This document shows positions 55,400 to 64,000 of a DNA stretch of 64,000 nucleotides, piece by piece; the stretch's first letter is position 1, and each line of letters opens with the position of its first letter. The translations under genes were made by a program, and so were the position numbers. Source of the DNA: Iphione sp. A-MEVVRFRX5 (taxonomy: Eukaryota). Location of the stretch: the NCBI GenBank assembly GCA_976226885.1, contig OZ320322.1:34224001-34288000 (forward strand), given 5' to 3'. The notes beneath the pieces were generated by a model that was given only the letters and a program-made list of their open reading frames with translations, was not told where the DNA came from and made no database searches.

Positions 55400-56548
55400 A
55401 ACCACTCAGAGGATAGCCAACCATCTCAAAAACCAAATCAAGAAAAATGTTCCTGCACATAAAGCATTCTATTATAAAAGAAAACTTTATGAAAGTTGAA
55501 AGAACAGTGCGGAGCACTGGTCTATCCTTAGAGAGGTTTCTGGTTAGCAGATGAAACGTAAGAAAAATATTATACTGACTGTTAATGATAACGAGGTCAG
55601 TCACATTGATGTTCCCAATAGGTTTAAACATCACTTTGCGAACATAGCTAATGCTATCACCTCTCATCTGCCCTCTTCTAACGTATCTCGTGATAATGTC
55701 CCTGAGTATGACAATGGTAGTGAATTTTCAATCAGCAAAATTACAAAAAAGAATGTGTACACATTTGTCAAATCATTCGACAAGAATGAAAGTTGTAAGA
55801 TCCCTACAAGGTTGTTCTGGCATGGTATTACTGTATATTTAGACCAATTGACACATCTCTTCAACACAGCTGTTCACACAGCTACCTTTCGAATGGAAAA
55901 TTGCTACAGTAATCCCTCTTTTAAAGAAAGGTGACAGTACCTGTATGGATAAATATAGCCCAATTTCACTACTACCAGCGTCTACAAAAATATTTTTAAA
56001 AAATCATTTACCAACAACTGTATCATCACTTAGACGTCCAAAACAAATTAGCTGTACAACAATTCAGTTCCCGTCAGGCAAAGGATACTAGAGAAGCTAT
56101 TGTGTTTCCAATAAAATATATGCTAACACAAATGCAAATGCTAATACCAATGTGCTTTGTGTTGACCATCAGAAAGCATTTGACAGTCAATCATGAACTG
56201 CTATTAATGAAGCTAAGGAAAGATTTCAATTTCAGTGACAACACAACTAAGCTCTTCACTAGCTACCTAGAACAAAGAATGCAAGACTGTGATGGTCTAT
56301 TGTCTGATAAAAAAAAATGTCAGCATTGGTGTACCTCAAGGGTCCACTCTTGGCCCCCTTCTATTCTCTATGTTTATAAATAACCTGATATCGATTCAGA
56401 TATAACACTCTTTGTAGATAGCAATGTGATACTTGTTTCAGACGAAAAGACTGATATTTTATTTCAAAAATCAAGAATGTAGTAAACCAGTTAATGGAAT
56501 GGTGCAATCAAAACAAGCTTGTGATCTAAATCAGTAAGACCAAGATAT
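55400..56548 (+). pseudogene. Decayed CR1/L2-group LINE ORF2, part upstream of the LTR insertion (RT domain)
   Basis: Frameshifted fragments WKIATVIPLLKKGD, YSPISLLP, HLTVNHELLLMKL, GVPQGSTLGPLLFSMFINNL (from 56328), LFVDSNVI (degenerate YADD region) and NKLV..SKTKI at the insertion point. Confidence 0.9.
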
Positions 56549-56750
56549 TGTTACGGCCAGACCTTAACATACTGGAGGCATACTCCCAAGTAAGGTTTAG
56601 ATGTTTATTGCTGAGAGGTAAGAACGCAACTGAACAAAACTCCGCACGCACTTGCTTTTATACATACAGTCATAACGTGCGGAGCTAACGTGAGGAGTAA
56701 CTTACATGCTGAGTAACTCGGTGCAGAGTATATTACTGCTCCGCACAACA
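56549..56750 (-). repeat. 3' LTR (202 bp)
   Basis: TGTTAC...CACAACA on the plus strand. It matches 62724-62934 with about 13 substitutions and one 9-nt indel by manual alignment. The minus strand has TATAAAA followed by AATAAA. Confidence 0.95.
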
Positions 56751-56764
56751 CTATCCCGTCCCTT
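56751..56764 (-). promoter_or_regulatory. Polypurine tract (PPT)
   Basis: Minus-strand AAGGGACGGGATAG directly abuts the 3' LTR. Confidence 0.7.
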
Positions 56765-56931
56765 GAAAAGCTCGGTCCCCGAGCTCACGAGCTCAATAAA
56801 ATTTATCTAACCACTACTTTAGTGTACTTATACTCCAACCTCCTAGACTGGGATGGGAACTTATAAATTATGAAGAGAAAGAGCAAGCCAATACATACTT
56901 CTCTGCTTACTAACTAGGGAGGGAGAAGACA

Positions 56932-57118
56932 CCAGTACAGGTGTCTAACATTTGAAATACACAAGACCAGTACAGGTCCAGCAGACATTATTGAGCCAGT
57001 ACAGGCTCCAAAGTGAACCAGTAATAAAGGAAACCAAGACAGGTTCCCAACAAGAAAAAGGGGGGCCAGTACAGGCCTGAACTTGAACTGTAAAGGGTAA
57101 TGAGGAGGCCAGTACAGG
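56932..57118. repeat. Dispersed array of the near-palindromic 10-mer CCAGTACAGG in the element 3' region
   Basis: Exact copies at 56932, 56967, 56996, 57066 and 57109, with partial copies near 56887, 57018 and 57034. Spacers are unrelated to each other. Confidence 0.85.
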
Positions 57119-57210
57119 CTCCCAACTGCAACTTGAAGACTAATAGCAAGGTGGGGGGGAAGCCCCTAAGTCATACCCTCCCCTTCCCTATACTGGGGGG
57201 GGAGTCTTGC

Positions 57211-58434
57211 TTACTGCTCTTCCAGGATGAATGATTCCTCTGCTGACAAGGAGGAGCTGAGGCAGCCACGTGAAGCCAGGGTAGTCTCTTCATGGATTAG
57301 GTGCCCCCGAGGACATGGGTGCTCGTTCTGGTGGTCCAGGTACCAGTTCATGATGGCCTGAGGGCAGGTGCCCTCTGTCTCTGACTACAAGTCCATTTGA
57401 TGAGCGAAGATCACGTGATGGGGTGGCTCCTCCAATTCAAAGCTCACCCGGGAGTTGGCCGCAACCCACTCCCACCCCTCTGGTGGAAGTTCATGGGTGT
57501 CTAGCAGTCGCCGGTATGCCCAGCGGTGCACTGGCAAGCCCCTAGTTGTGGCGTGACCACCCCCAGCCAGCTGCTGAGGAAGTCCCCTCTCCGGAGGGAA
57601 GACACGGCCTCCCTCCTGTCTGTCATCGTGCCGCACTTGGTCCATCAGTGCCTCAACGGCCTGCGCGTCATCAGCCCGCACCTCCTCTTCTAGTGCCTCA
57701 TTGGCCTGCGTGTCGTCAGCTCTTGCCTGGTCCCCTAAGGTCTCCTCAGCCGGCGCATCTCCAGCCCTTGCTGGTCCCTCTGCCGGCTCGTCAGGTGGAA
57801 CCACAGCCTCACCTCTGTCTGGTGGTAGTTTGGCGTCACCGGTCTGCTGATGCCCATCTCCAGACTGTATGGGGAAACCCTCTTCTGCCTCGGTCTCCCC
57901 AGTAGTAGCCAAGTCAGGGAGCTCAGCAGAAGACTCTGGTGGTACTGTAGACACGGTGAGGCCCAAGGATGTCTGTGGCCGGCCCAGGGTAGATGCTCCC
58001 CCGGTGCTCCCCGTCTGACTGCTCGGATCCTCTTCCATCACCGTGGTCTCATCCCCCTCCTGGACAGGAGAGAGCGGCCGACTTCCTTGCTCAGCTGTTC
58101 CCGGCACCAGGTCCCTAGGTGGTGACTCTCCCAGTCGGAACCCAGGTGCAGCTTGGGCCCCAACAGGAGGGATGGGTGTGGAGGCCCGAGGGTCCTTCTG
58201 CCCCTCCTGGTCCTCCTTGACAGCGGTCGTGCTGTCCTCACCCTCTCCCTCCCCGGAAGAGATCACCATCACATCATCGTTCTCCAGTGCATAGGTAAAT
58301 CTGAGCAACGCCTCTACCACTTTGCCCTCACGACTCAAGTCCGTAGCATCCGACGCAGGGGTGCTAGCTGCCCGGTCACTCGTCCTCCATAGAAGTCGGT
58401 CCAGGACCACCCTCACCCTGGTGTCGGGGGACAA
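57211..58434 (-). CDS. Unknown accessory ORF (ORF4) of the LTR element: acidic low-complexity centre, 15-aa repeats and a His/Cys-rich C-terminus; one in-frame TAG at 57385-57387
   Basis: 349-codon open frame (57385..58434). Reading through the TAG gives 58 more codons (SETEGTCPQAIMNWYLDHQNEHPCPRGHLIHE...EEQ*, stop at 57211). The start codon is uncertain and the ORF may have been joined to ORF3 before a frameshift. Confidence 0.6.
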
Positions 58435-59528
58435 CTCCCAGCAGGCAAGGTTCCTGCACGGCGCTGCTTGTCCACTCCTTGGGTGCCCTCTGATCCTGGA
58501 TCACGGAAACGAGGTGAAGACCGCTTGCGCCTCCCACCTTGGCCCCGCTCACGGTATAATCCCTCGCTCTGCCGGGCCACCTCGATGAGCTGGGGAGTAA
58601 GCGATGGATCTTCTGTACCCGTAGACTGGTCCAGCCCCCACAGCTGAACCCTCGTGCCCGGAGTGCCTGATGCTCCCCAGTCAGGCGACATCCTCGTAGA
58701 GATGGTAGTGGATGTCACCGTTTGCTGGACCGGAGGTGGGCCAGGGGCAGGACTGGGGCCCCCAGCCGCGGCGGACCTCTCCCGGCCCTGGCCCCTCGAC
58801 GACTTCTTTCCTCTTCCACCTTGCGATGACTCAGACCGGTCACAGCCTGAAGGCATCTCGGACGTCGCCCTTCCGCGCACCCTCTTGTGAGGCTGCCGTT
58901 CGTCCTCCGGTGGTGCCCGTCCTTCTGCCGCAGAGGGTCTCACAGCCCACCTCCGGTTGGCCAGGCCAGGGGGCAGCAGCCCCCTCATGATCTCCAACTC
59001 CTTCTTCCTTTCCTGTGTCCCTTTCTTCTTCAACTGTTCGTACTCCTCCTGCTGGTCGGCAGGCACTGGAAGCACCACCCCAACCAGGGGAGCAGTGCGG
59101 GAGTACTCGAGGAACTGGATGTCCACGGTCTGCCCTAAGAGCAGGGGGTGTCCCCCCCTCACCCTTGTGGACACTCAGAAGGTGACGGCGGAAGTCATCT
59201 CATCATAGAAAGGCTCGTAAATGGCACTGGGGACCCAGGCAGAGTCGTCCGAACCCTCGCGGCTCGTGGGTGTCAACGTGCCGGTCCACGTTGCTCTGGC
59301 GGTTGCTGGAGTAATCACACTGGGGCTCTGGTGCTCCATCATGTGATGCGGACAAAGGCTGTGTCGAGTCGATGCGGAGTGCGACGAAACTGCATGCTCC
59401 ACCCATGCAGAGCGTAAGGAACCCTCGTGCTCCGCCCCTGCGGAGTGATGCTTGGTGCGTGTGGAGTCAGGCTCAGCACGCTCGGCAATGCTTCGGAGAC
59501 GATTCTCATACCCGTGCTGAGACGTCAC
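58413..59528 (-). CDS. Unknown accessory ORF (ORF3), split by one in-frame TGA at 59175-59177
   Basis: ORFs 59175..59528 and 58413..59174 are in the same frame and separated only by the stop codon. They lie just downstream of the internal TATA box. Confidence 0.55.
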
Positions 59529-59589
59529 AGAAGCCCCTTCTGCGTTCGTTCGATGCGAGGCAATGTGTTGGGGTTGGATGCATGGAGGC

Positions 59590-59665
59590 GACTGTTGTTT
59601 GAGCTCCGCAGCCCCTCCCCCTTATATAGGGGCCAGGTCTGCTCTGCACTTCGCTGATTGGTTGA
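59590..59665 (-). promoter_or_regulatory. Internal Pol II promoter-like segment (CCAAT + TATA)
   Basis: Minus-strand CCAATCAG (CCAAT at 59661-59657), then TATATAAG (59628-59621), then an ATG at 59583. It sits in the gap between the end of the pol-frame ORF (59726) and ORF3. Confidence 0.55.
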
Positions 59666-59725
59666 TTTTTCCCGCCTCCGTGGACTCCGCACCGGTCTAC
59701 TCTGCAGCCTGTCGTGCTCAGCACG

Positions 59726-60538
59726 CTAAGTTCCTCTGCTACTCCGCACGTCCTCCCAGGCCTTCTTCTGGTGATAATCGTGGATCTGTTGACTCACCCG
59801 CTTCCTCTCAAGCGCTCCCATCTCTGTGAACATGGTAGAGGCGAGGGTCTTGCCAAATCGCTTCACCAATGCCCTCCGCACTCCGAGCAATAGACGCACC
59901 AGCTCTCCGAAGGTCCGCCGCCTCTTTGTCGTGAGAACTCCTGAGAGACTCTTGATGCTCCTTTGAGGGTCCCGGTGCCGGGTCAGGTTGTACCCAGCCA
60001 TGAGCGCCTTCTTCATCAATTCCACTGTCATCTTCACCCAAGCACCGTCTTCAGCTGTACGAGGTTTCCATGGCATAGGCTTGACCACTTCAGGAGGATG
60101 TAGCAAGGCCTGTCTTGGCCGATACCAGCGGGGAGGCGGCGGTCGCGGTGCCGGGCTCTCAGCCTTCAAAGTGGGAGACCCCAGGGGTCCCCCCTCGGCC
60201 CGACTTCCCCTAGCGGAGTGCTCCTTGACCACTCTGGACCACGCGGTCCGCCCATCTCCTCCTCTCCCAAGTGGTGCTGTGCCAGAGCTTGCCTGCTCAA
60301 CTCCCTCACGCATCCACCGTCGAAGGGAGGGCGAAGTCCGAGGCCGCGGGCCTAGCCCTCCCCTCACCACTCGCACCCGTCCCTCGGCCACATACTTGAC
60401 TTCTGAGCCCTGCCCACTCCGGCTCGTCTTCTTCTGGGCACCCGTCCTCTGACTGAAGCCGACATCTGCCAGCGCTGATCCCTGGTGCTCCCGCTCTCCT
60501 GCTACACCCCATAGCTCGGTCACACCCCTGATCGCCAC
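59726..60538 (-). CDS. Unknown domain in frame with the protease, occupying the position where RT normally starts
   Basis: Same frame as 60542..61189 and separated only by TGA at 60542-60544. It has a Gly/Arg/Pro-rich linker, then a basic, probably helical ~100-aa segment (WVKMTVELMKKALMAGYNL...QIHDYHQKKAWE). No RT motifs. Confidence 0.65.
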   Translation of the reverse strand: MAIRGVTELWGVAGEREHQGSALADVGFSQRTGAQKKTSRSGQGSEVKYVAEGRVRVVRGGLGPRPRTSPSLRRWMREGVEQASSGTAPLGRGGDGRTAWSRVVKEHSARGSRAEGGPLGSPTLKAESPAPRPPPPRWYRPRQALLHPPEVVKPMPWKPRTAEDGAWVKMTVELMKKALMAGYNLTRHRDPQRSIKSLSGVLTTKRRRTFGELVRLLLGVRRALVKRFGKTLASTMFTEMGALERKRVSQQIHDYHQKKAWEDVRSSRGT

Positions 60539-60541
60539 TCC

Positions 60542-61189
60542 TCACCATCCGGGGAGCTCGGTCCCTCCAGGTCCAGACTTCCTCTCTGTAGCTCTCCCTG
60601 CCCTCGCCAGCTCTGACGCCACGTCCTCCGGAGGGTCTGCCCCATCACAGGCCCCCTCCTCTCCCTTCACTGGGATCCCTGCGCTCGTCTCGCCGGCCCT
60701 GCAGGCCACAGCTCCTAGGTCCTCTGCGCACCTGGCCTTGACCTCTTCAGCTTGCACCAGTTTACATCTTCCTCCATCCAGCCTCGAAGGTTCCTGTAGT
60801 TGAATCCTCAGGGATGGCTCCTGCATATTCACCGTAGTATGCCAGCGACGCAGCGTGTCAAGGCCCAAAATGGCCTCACAGTCAATGTCAGCCACAAACG
60901 ACTGAACTGGCAGGACTTCTTCTTCGAACTTCACTGCCAGCTCCACTCTCCCGATCACCTGCAGTGGGCTTCCATCTGCGCAGAGCACCCGCCCTTCCAC
61001 GGGGTCCAGCCGGTAGATCCCTGCGGCATGAGCGACTTCTTTCTTCACGAGGGTGAGGGAGGTGCCGGTATCCACCAACCAACTGAATACCCGGCCCCCT
61101 ACCTTCCCTGGAAGCACGATGCCCCATTTGGACTCACCTGGGTTTCTTTTGAGGGTCAGTTCCTTCCATCCTGCTTCGGGGGTCTCCAT
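60542..61189 (-). CDS. Retropepsin-type aspartic protease (pol-frame)
   Basis: Catalytic WLVDTGTSLTLV (DTG at 61072-61064) and a downstream AILGLDTL motif. Confidence 0.9.
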   Translation of the reverse strand: METPEAGWKELTLKRNPGESKWGIVLPGKVGGRVFSWLVDTGTSLTLVKKEVAHAAGIYRLDPVEGRVLCADGSPLQVIGRVELAVKFEEEVLPVQSFVADIDCEAILGLDTLRRWHTTVNMQEPSLRIQLQEPSRLDGGRCKLVQAEEVKARCAEDLGAVACRAGETSAGIPVKGEEGACDGADPPEDVASELARAGRATERKSGPGGTELPGW

Positions 61190-61251
61190 GCACTAGGACA
61201 GCCCATCCAGTCTGCCCGAGAGAGGATCCACATACGTCGTGGCCACCCGCC

Positions 61252-62646
61252 CTAGCTCTGGGGAGCGGCCGCCGGCCCGTTTCCCGGCTCGTTGGTCTTC
61301 GATGCTGCAAACTTCAGGCAGTCCCACTTGAAATGTGTCGGGTCATCACAGAAGTAACATCCCTTCTTCCGGGGAGGAGGGCGCGATGAGGTCCCTGATC
61401 CTTCCTACTTCTTTAACAGAGTCATGAGCAGCTCCTCAATCTGCTGCCAATGGGGGGTCTCCTCCTTCCTGGCCACAGGGCTGGGGCCTTCCACCTGCTC
61501 CACCTTGTGGACCTTCATCGGGATGCGTGCCCTCTTGCTGCTGTAGTAGGACTCCGCTAGCTGGGCCTCAGATATGGTCTTCCTGAAAGTCGACACTCTC
61601 GCCTGAGTAACCCACTTCCATTCTTTCTCATTCGAGAGAGAGCCCACGAAATACTCCCTGCACATTCTATCCTTCCATTGCCCGGTGGCCTCTGGATAGG
61701 CGAGGCGCACTAGCCGCTCGATATCGTTGGCCAATTCCCCCAGTCTTTCTTCCTTCCTCTGCTTCCGGTACTTAAGCTGTTGGATGTATGCATCAACTTG
61801 GTCCGCCGGCTGGAACCTATTGGGTAGGGCTTGTACAATCTTCTCGTATGTGTCGGGCTGTTCCATGTTCACCTGAGCATTCCGTAGAGTGGTCCTTGCA
61901 GCTTTCCTAAGGCTCACCCCTAGCTGCAGGGCCTTCTCTCTCTCCATCCAGCCATTGGCCTCTGAGACCAGCTCATAATGGTGCAGGAAATCCGAAAGTG
62001 GGGTCGATCCATCGTACGAGTCAGGCTTGACCGGGGTCCGTCGATGAGTCTCCCTCGGCTGCAGGGCTTGGCGTAACACTCCAACGAGTTCCTCTACCGG
62101 CCCTCGCTCCCCGTCCAAAGTTGGCTCCTGGTCCTCTTCATCCGTGGACAATTTGTCCTCTGACTGCTCCTCTGTGCTTCCGTCAGATGAATCGTCCTCT
62201 TCAAATTGCGCCCTTCCCCTTCTCCACTCCGGCCGTTGTGATGGGGGCCGAGGGGCCCCACGGGTAACTGGGGTACCCTCGGTCACCCCTCCTTCACCGG
62301 CCCCCAATGCCATGGGTGAGATGGCCCCTCCTTGCTTCCCGGTGCGGCCCCGGCCCCTAACAGGTTCTTCCATAGCTGCGACCCGCGCTGCGGCAATGGG
62401 CAGCCGTGCATCCGCGCCCGCTTTGCTGACATGCAGGAACCCGCCAAGGAGGCTGGGGGTGCCCAGCTTCGCCGTGGGCAACTGGATGTCCGTGTGCCCC
62501 GTCTGAACGGCGTGCTCCGCAGGCAACGACTTGGTGAGCTCAGCGCTGGGGTGCTCAGCGTCGGACTCAGCCGACTCCACACGCTGAGTCGACCTGTCTT
62601 CTTTCTCCTCACGCTGAGCTGCTCCACATGCTGAGCTACTCCGCAT
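61252..62646 (-). CDS. gag: Gag (Ty3/Gypsy-type capsid plus CCHC nucleocapsid), one in-frame TAG at 61405-61407
   Basis: Capsid-like segment PVKPDSYDGSTPLSDFLHHYELVSEANGW..EKALQL...LRKAA and YRKQRKEERLGELANDIERLVRLAYP. After the TAG the same frame encodes CYFCDDPTHFKWDC (CX2CX4HX4C, 61359-61318). Confidence 0.9.
61279..61285 (-). promoter_or_regulatory. -1 ribosomal frameshift slippery site G GGA AAC
   Basis: The X XXY YYZ heptamer is in the correct phase in the gag frame. A -1 shift enters the protease frame (61279-61189 = 90 nt), with one TAG at 61193-61195. A GC-rich sequence able to form a stem follows (e.g. GCTC-CCCA-GAGC). Confidence 0.75.
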
Positions 62647-62704
62647 GCCTCCGTATGCTCCGAGCTCCGCACCTCAGTGTTCTTCATCTGCGAGGGAGGA
62701 ATCC

Positions 62705-62722
62705 ATCCCACTGCTGCCACCA
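62705..62722 (-). promoter_or_regulatory. Primer-binding site, tRNA-Leu type
   Basis: Minus-strand TGGTGGCAGCAGTGGGAT lies 1 nt after the 5' LTR. It is complementary to the 3' end of metazoan tRNA-Leu (…AUCCCACCGCUGCCACCA) with one difference. Confidence 0.8.
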
Positions 62723-62723
62723 A

Positions 62724-62934
62724 TGTTACAGCCAGATGTTAACATACTGGAGGCAGACTCCCAAGTAAGGTTTAAATGTTTATTGCTGAGAGGTAAGAAT
62801 GCAAAAGAACTAAACTCCACACGCACTTGCTTTTATACATACAGTCATAACGTACGGAGCTAACGTGAGGAGTAACTTACATGCTGAGTGTGCTGAGTAA
62901 CTCAGTGCGGAGTATATTACTGCTCCGCACAACA
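62724..62934 (-). repeat. 5' LTR (211 bp)
   Basis: Paired with 56549-56750. It carries an extra 9-nt duplication (gtgctgagt). Confidence 0.95.
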
Positions 62935-63770
62935 ATATTACCTGTTTATGTAAACAATCAAAACATGCATGACGGTTGCTACTGTTGGTGAGTCCATTGA
63001 ATAATGTTAACACACACACATATCTTGATATTCAACTTGAGTCAGACATGAAATTCAAGAATGAAATTGTCAAAATAATAAGGAAAGTTTCGCAAGAAAT
63101 AACTATGCTGTATAAAATGATGTTGTTTATAAATTGCACAGACATGATAAGGTTATATTATCGATTCACATTACCACATGTTGATAACTCAATGGTAATG
63201 TTGAATTGCTGCAGCAAACATGACCTAAATATACTACAAAAATTGCAAAACGGGGCACATGCTGTCATATATACTTGTTACAAAGATTACACAAAGTCAG
63301 GAAATACGCAGTACAGGCTTGGACTTGTTTAACTTCATAACTGTGGCTCAAAGGAGAAAATCATTAAAGTGAACGTTGTACACAACCTTTACCTTCTGGG
63401 GCTTCTTCCAAGACAAAACCAAATAAACACTAGACAACATGATGCCCATCTGCTATATATCTCTAAACCGAGCACTGAATTGATAAGGAAATCTACATCA
63501 TCAAGCAAATTAGAGACTGGCATCAATTGGACCCCCTCCTGCGGGGTTCTGAATGAATGGAACAATTCAGAACCATGCCACGTTTTGTCAGATAAGCAGT
63601 AAGATCTGTATGCATTTTTCATGACTTACCATACCGAAGTTACTCAAGCATTCATCTAGTCTATTCATATGTACCACATCAACAATCCTTTTTTTCTGTA
63701 CATATTTGCCCAGGTGCATCTGGGTTTGAAAACTGGCTGACAAGGGCGAAATTTGGATGAAATAAATAAA
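62935..63770 (+). pseudogene. Continuation of the same decayed LINE ORF2 and its 3' end
   Basis: Fragments YLDIQLESDMKFKNEIVKIIRKVS and LNILQKLQNGAHAVI match post-RT LINE motifs (YLGI.LD..L.F..HI and LQKLQN.A.R.I). It ends near an AAATAAATAAA tail. Confidence 0.8.
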
Positions 63771-64000
63771 TTTTATCATATTAGCTCACACACTCAATGG
63801 GGGGGGGGGGCGGGGTTAATGCACAATGCACCACTGTGTTTGAAAAATATATAGGATACATGTGAAACCTGCCGTAATGTACATAGCACATACTTTGACC
63901 TTTTCACATTTAATAATAGTTTATTTGTTTGATACCAACCTACTACTCCATTCCAGTCATTTAAGCACTATCCAGGCAGTTATCGAAGCTTCCCCGGGAG

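Larger units (their letters stand above)
56549..62934 (-). mobile_element. Complete Ty3/Gypsy-type LTR element lacking RT, RNase H and integrase (non-autonomous), with extra ORFs
   Basis: Paired LTRs with TG...CA ends, ATAT TSD (56545-56548 and 62935-62938), PBS, PPT, gag-CCHC, -1 slippery site and retropepsin. No YxDD, RNase H or DDE motifs appear in any long ORF between the protease and the 3' LTR. Confidence 0.92.

Noticed and set aside
56932-57118. CRISPR array interpretation of the CCAGTACAGG repeats
   Set aside because: The repeats are only 10 bp with irregular spacing and lie inside a eukaryotic retroelement. They are kept as a motif array instead.
57385-59528. Envelope (env) gene interpretation of ORF3/ORF4
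   Set aside because: No signal peptide, furin site with fusion peptide, or transmembrane segment is visible, and the proteins are hydrophilic.
57546-62863. Plus-strand ORFs overlapping the LTR element
   Set aside because: They are antisense shadows of GC-rich minus-strand coding frames and carry no motifs.

Overview
This is a repeat-rich metazoan (invertebrate-like) genomic window. It contains no recognisable intact host protein-coding gene, rRNA, functional tRNA or CRISPR array. Most short ORFs in the first 55 kb come from strongly purine- or pyrimidine-skewed low-complexity tracts. The best-supported structure is a complete 6.4 kb Ty3/Gypsy-type LTR element on the minus strand (56549-62934). 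It has two ~200 bp LTRs, an ATAT target-site duplication, a tRNA-Leu PBS, a PPT, gag with a CCHC knuckle, a GGGAAAC -1 frameshift site and an aspartic protease. It has no RT, RNase H or integrase. In their place are an unknown domain in the protease frame, an internal CCAAT/TATA promoter-like segment, two further long unknown ORFs and a 3' array of a near-palindromic 10-mer. The element is inserted into the RT region of a decayed CR1/L2-type LINE. The rest of the window holds a tRNA-derived SINE, a pogo/Tigger-like MITE, a probable solo LTR, another LINE remnant, a probable Penelope-like remnant with a degenerate hammerhead ribozyme, tandem duplications and microsatellites. All alignments and counts were done by eye and no database searches were run.
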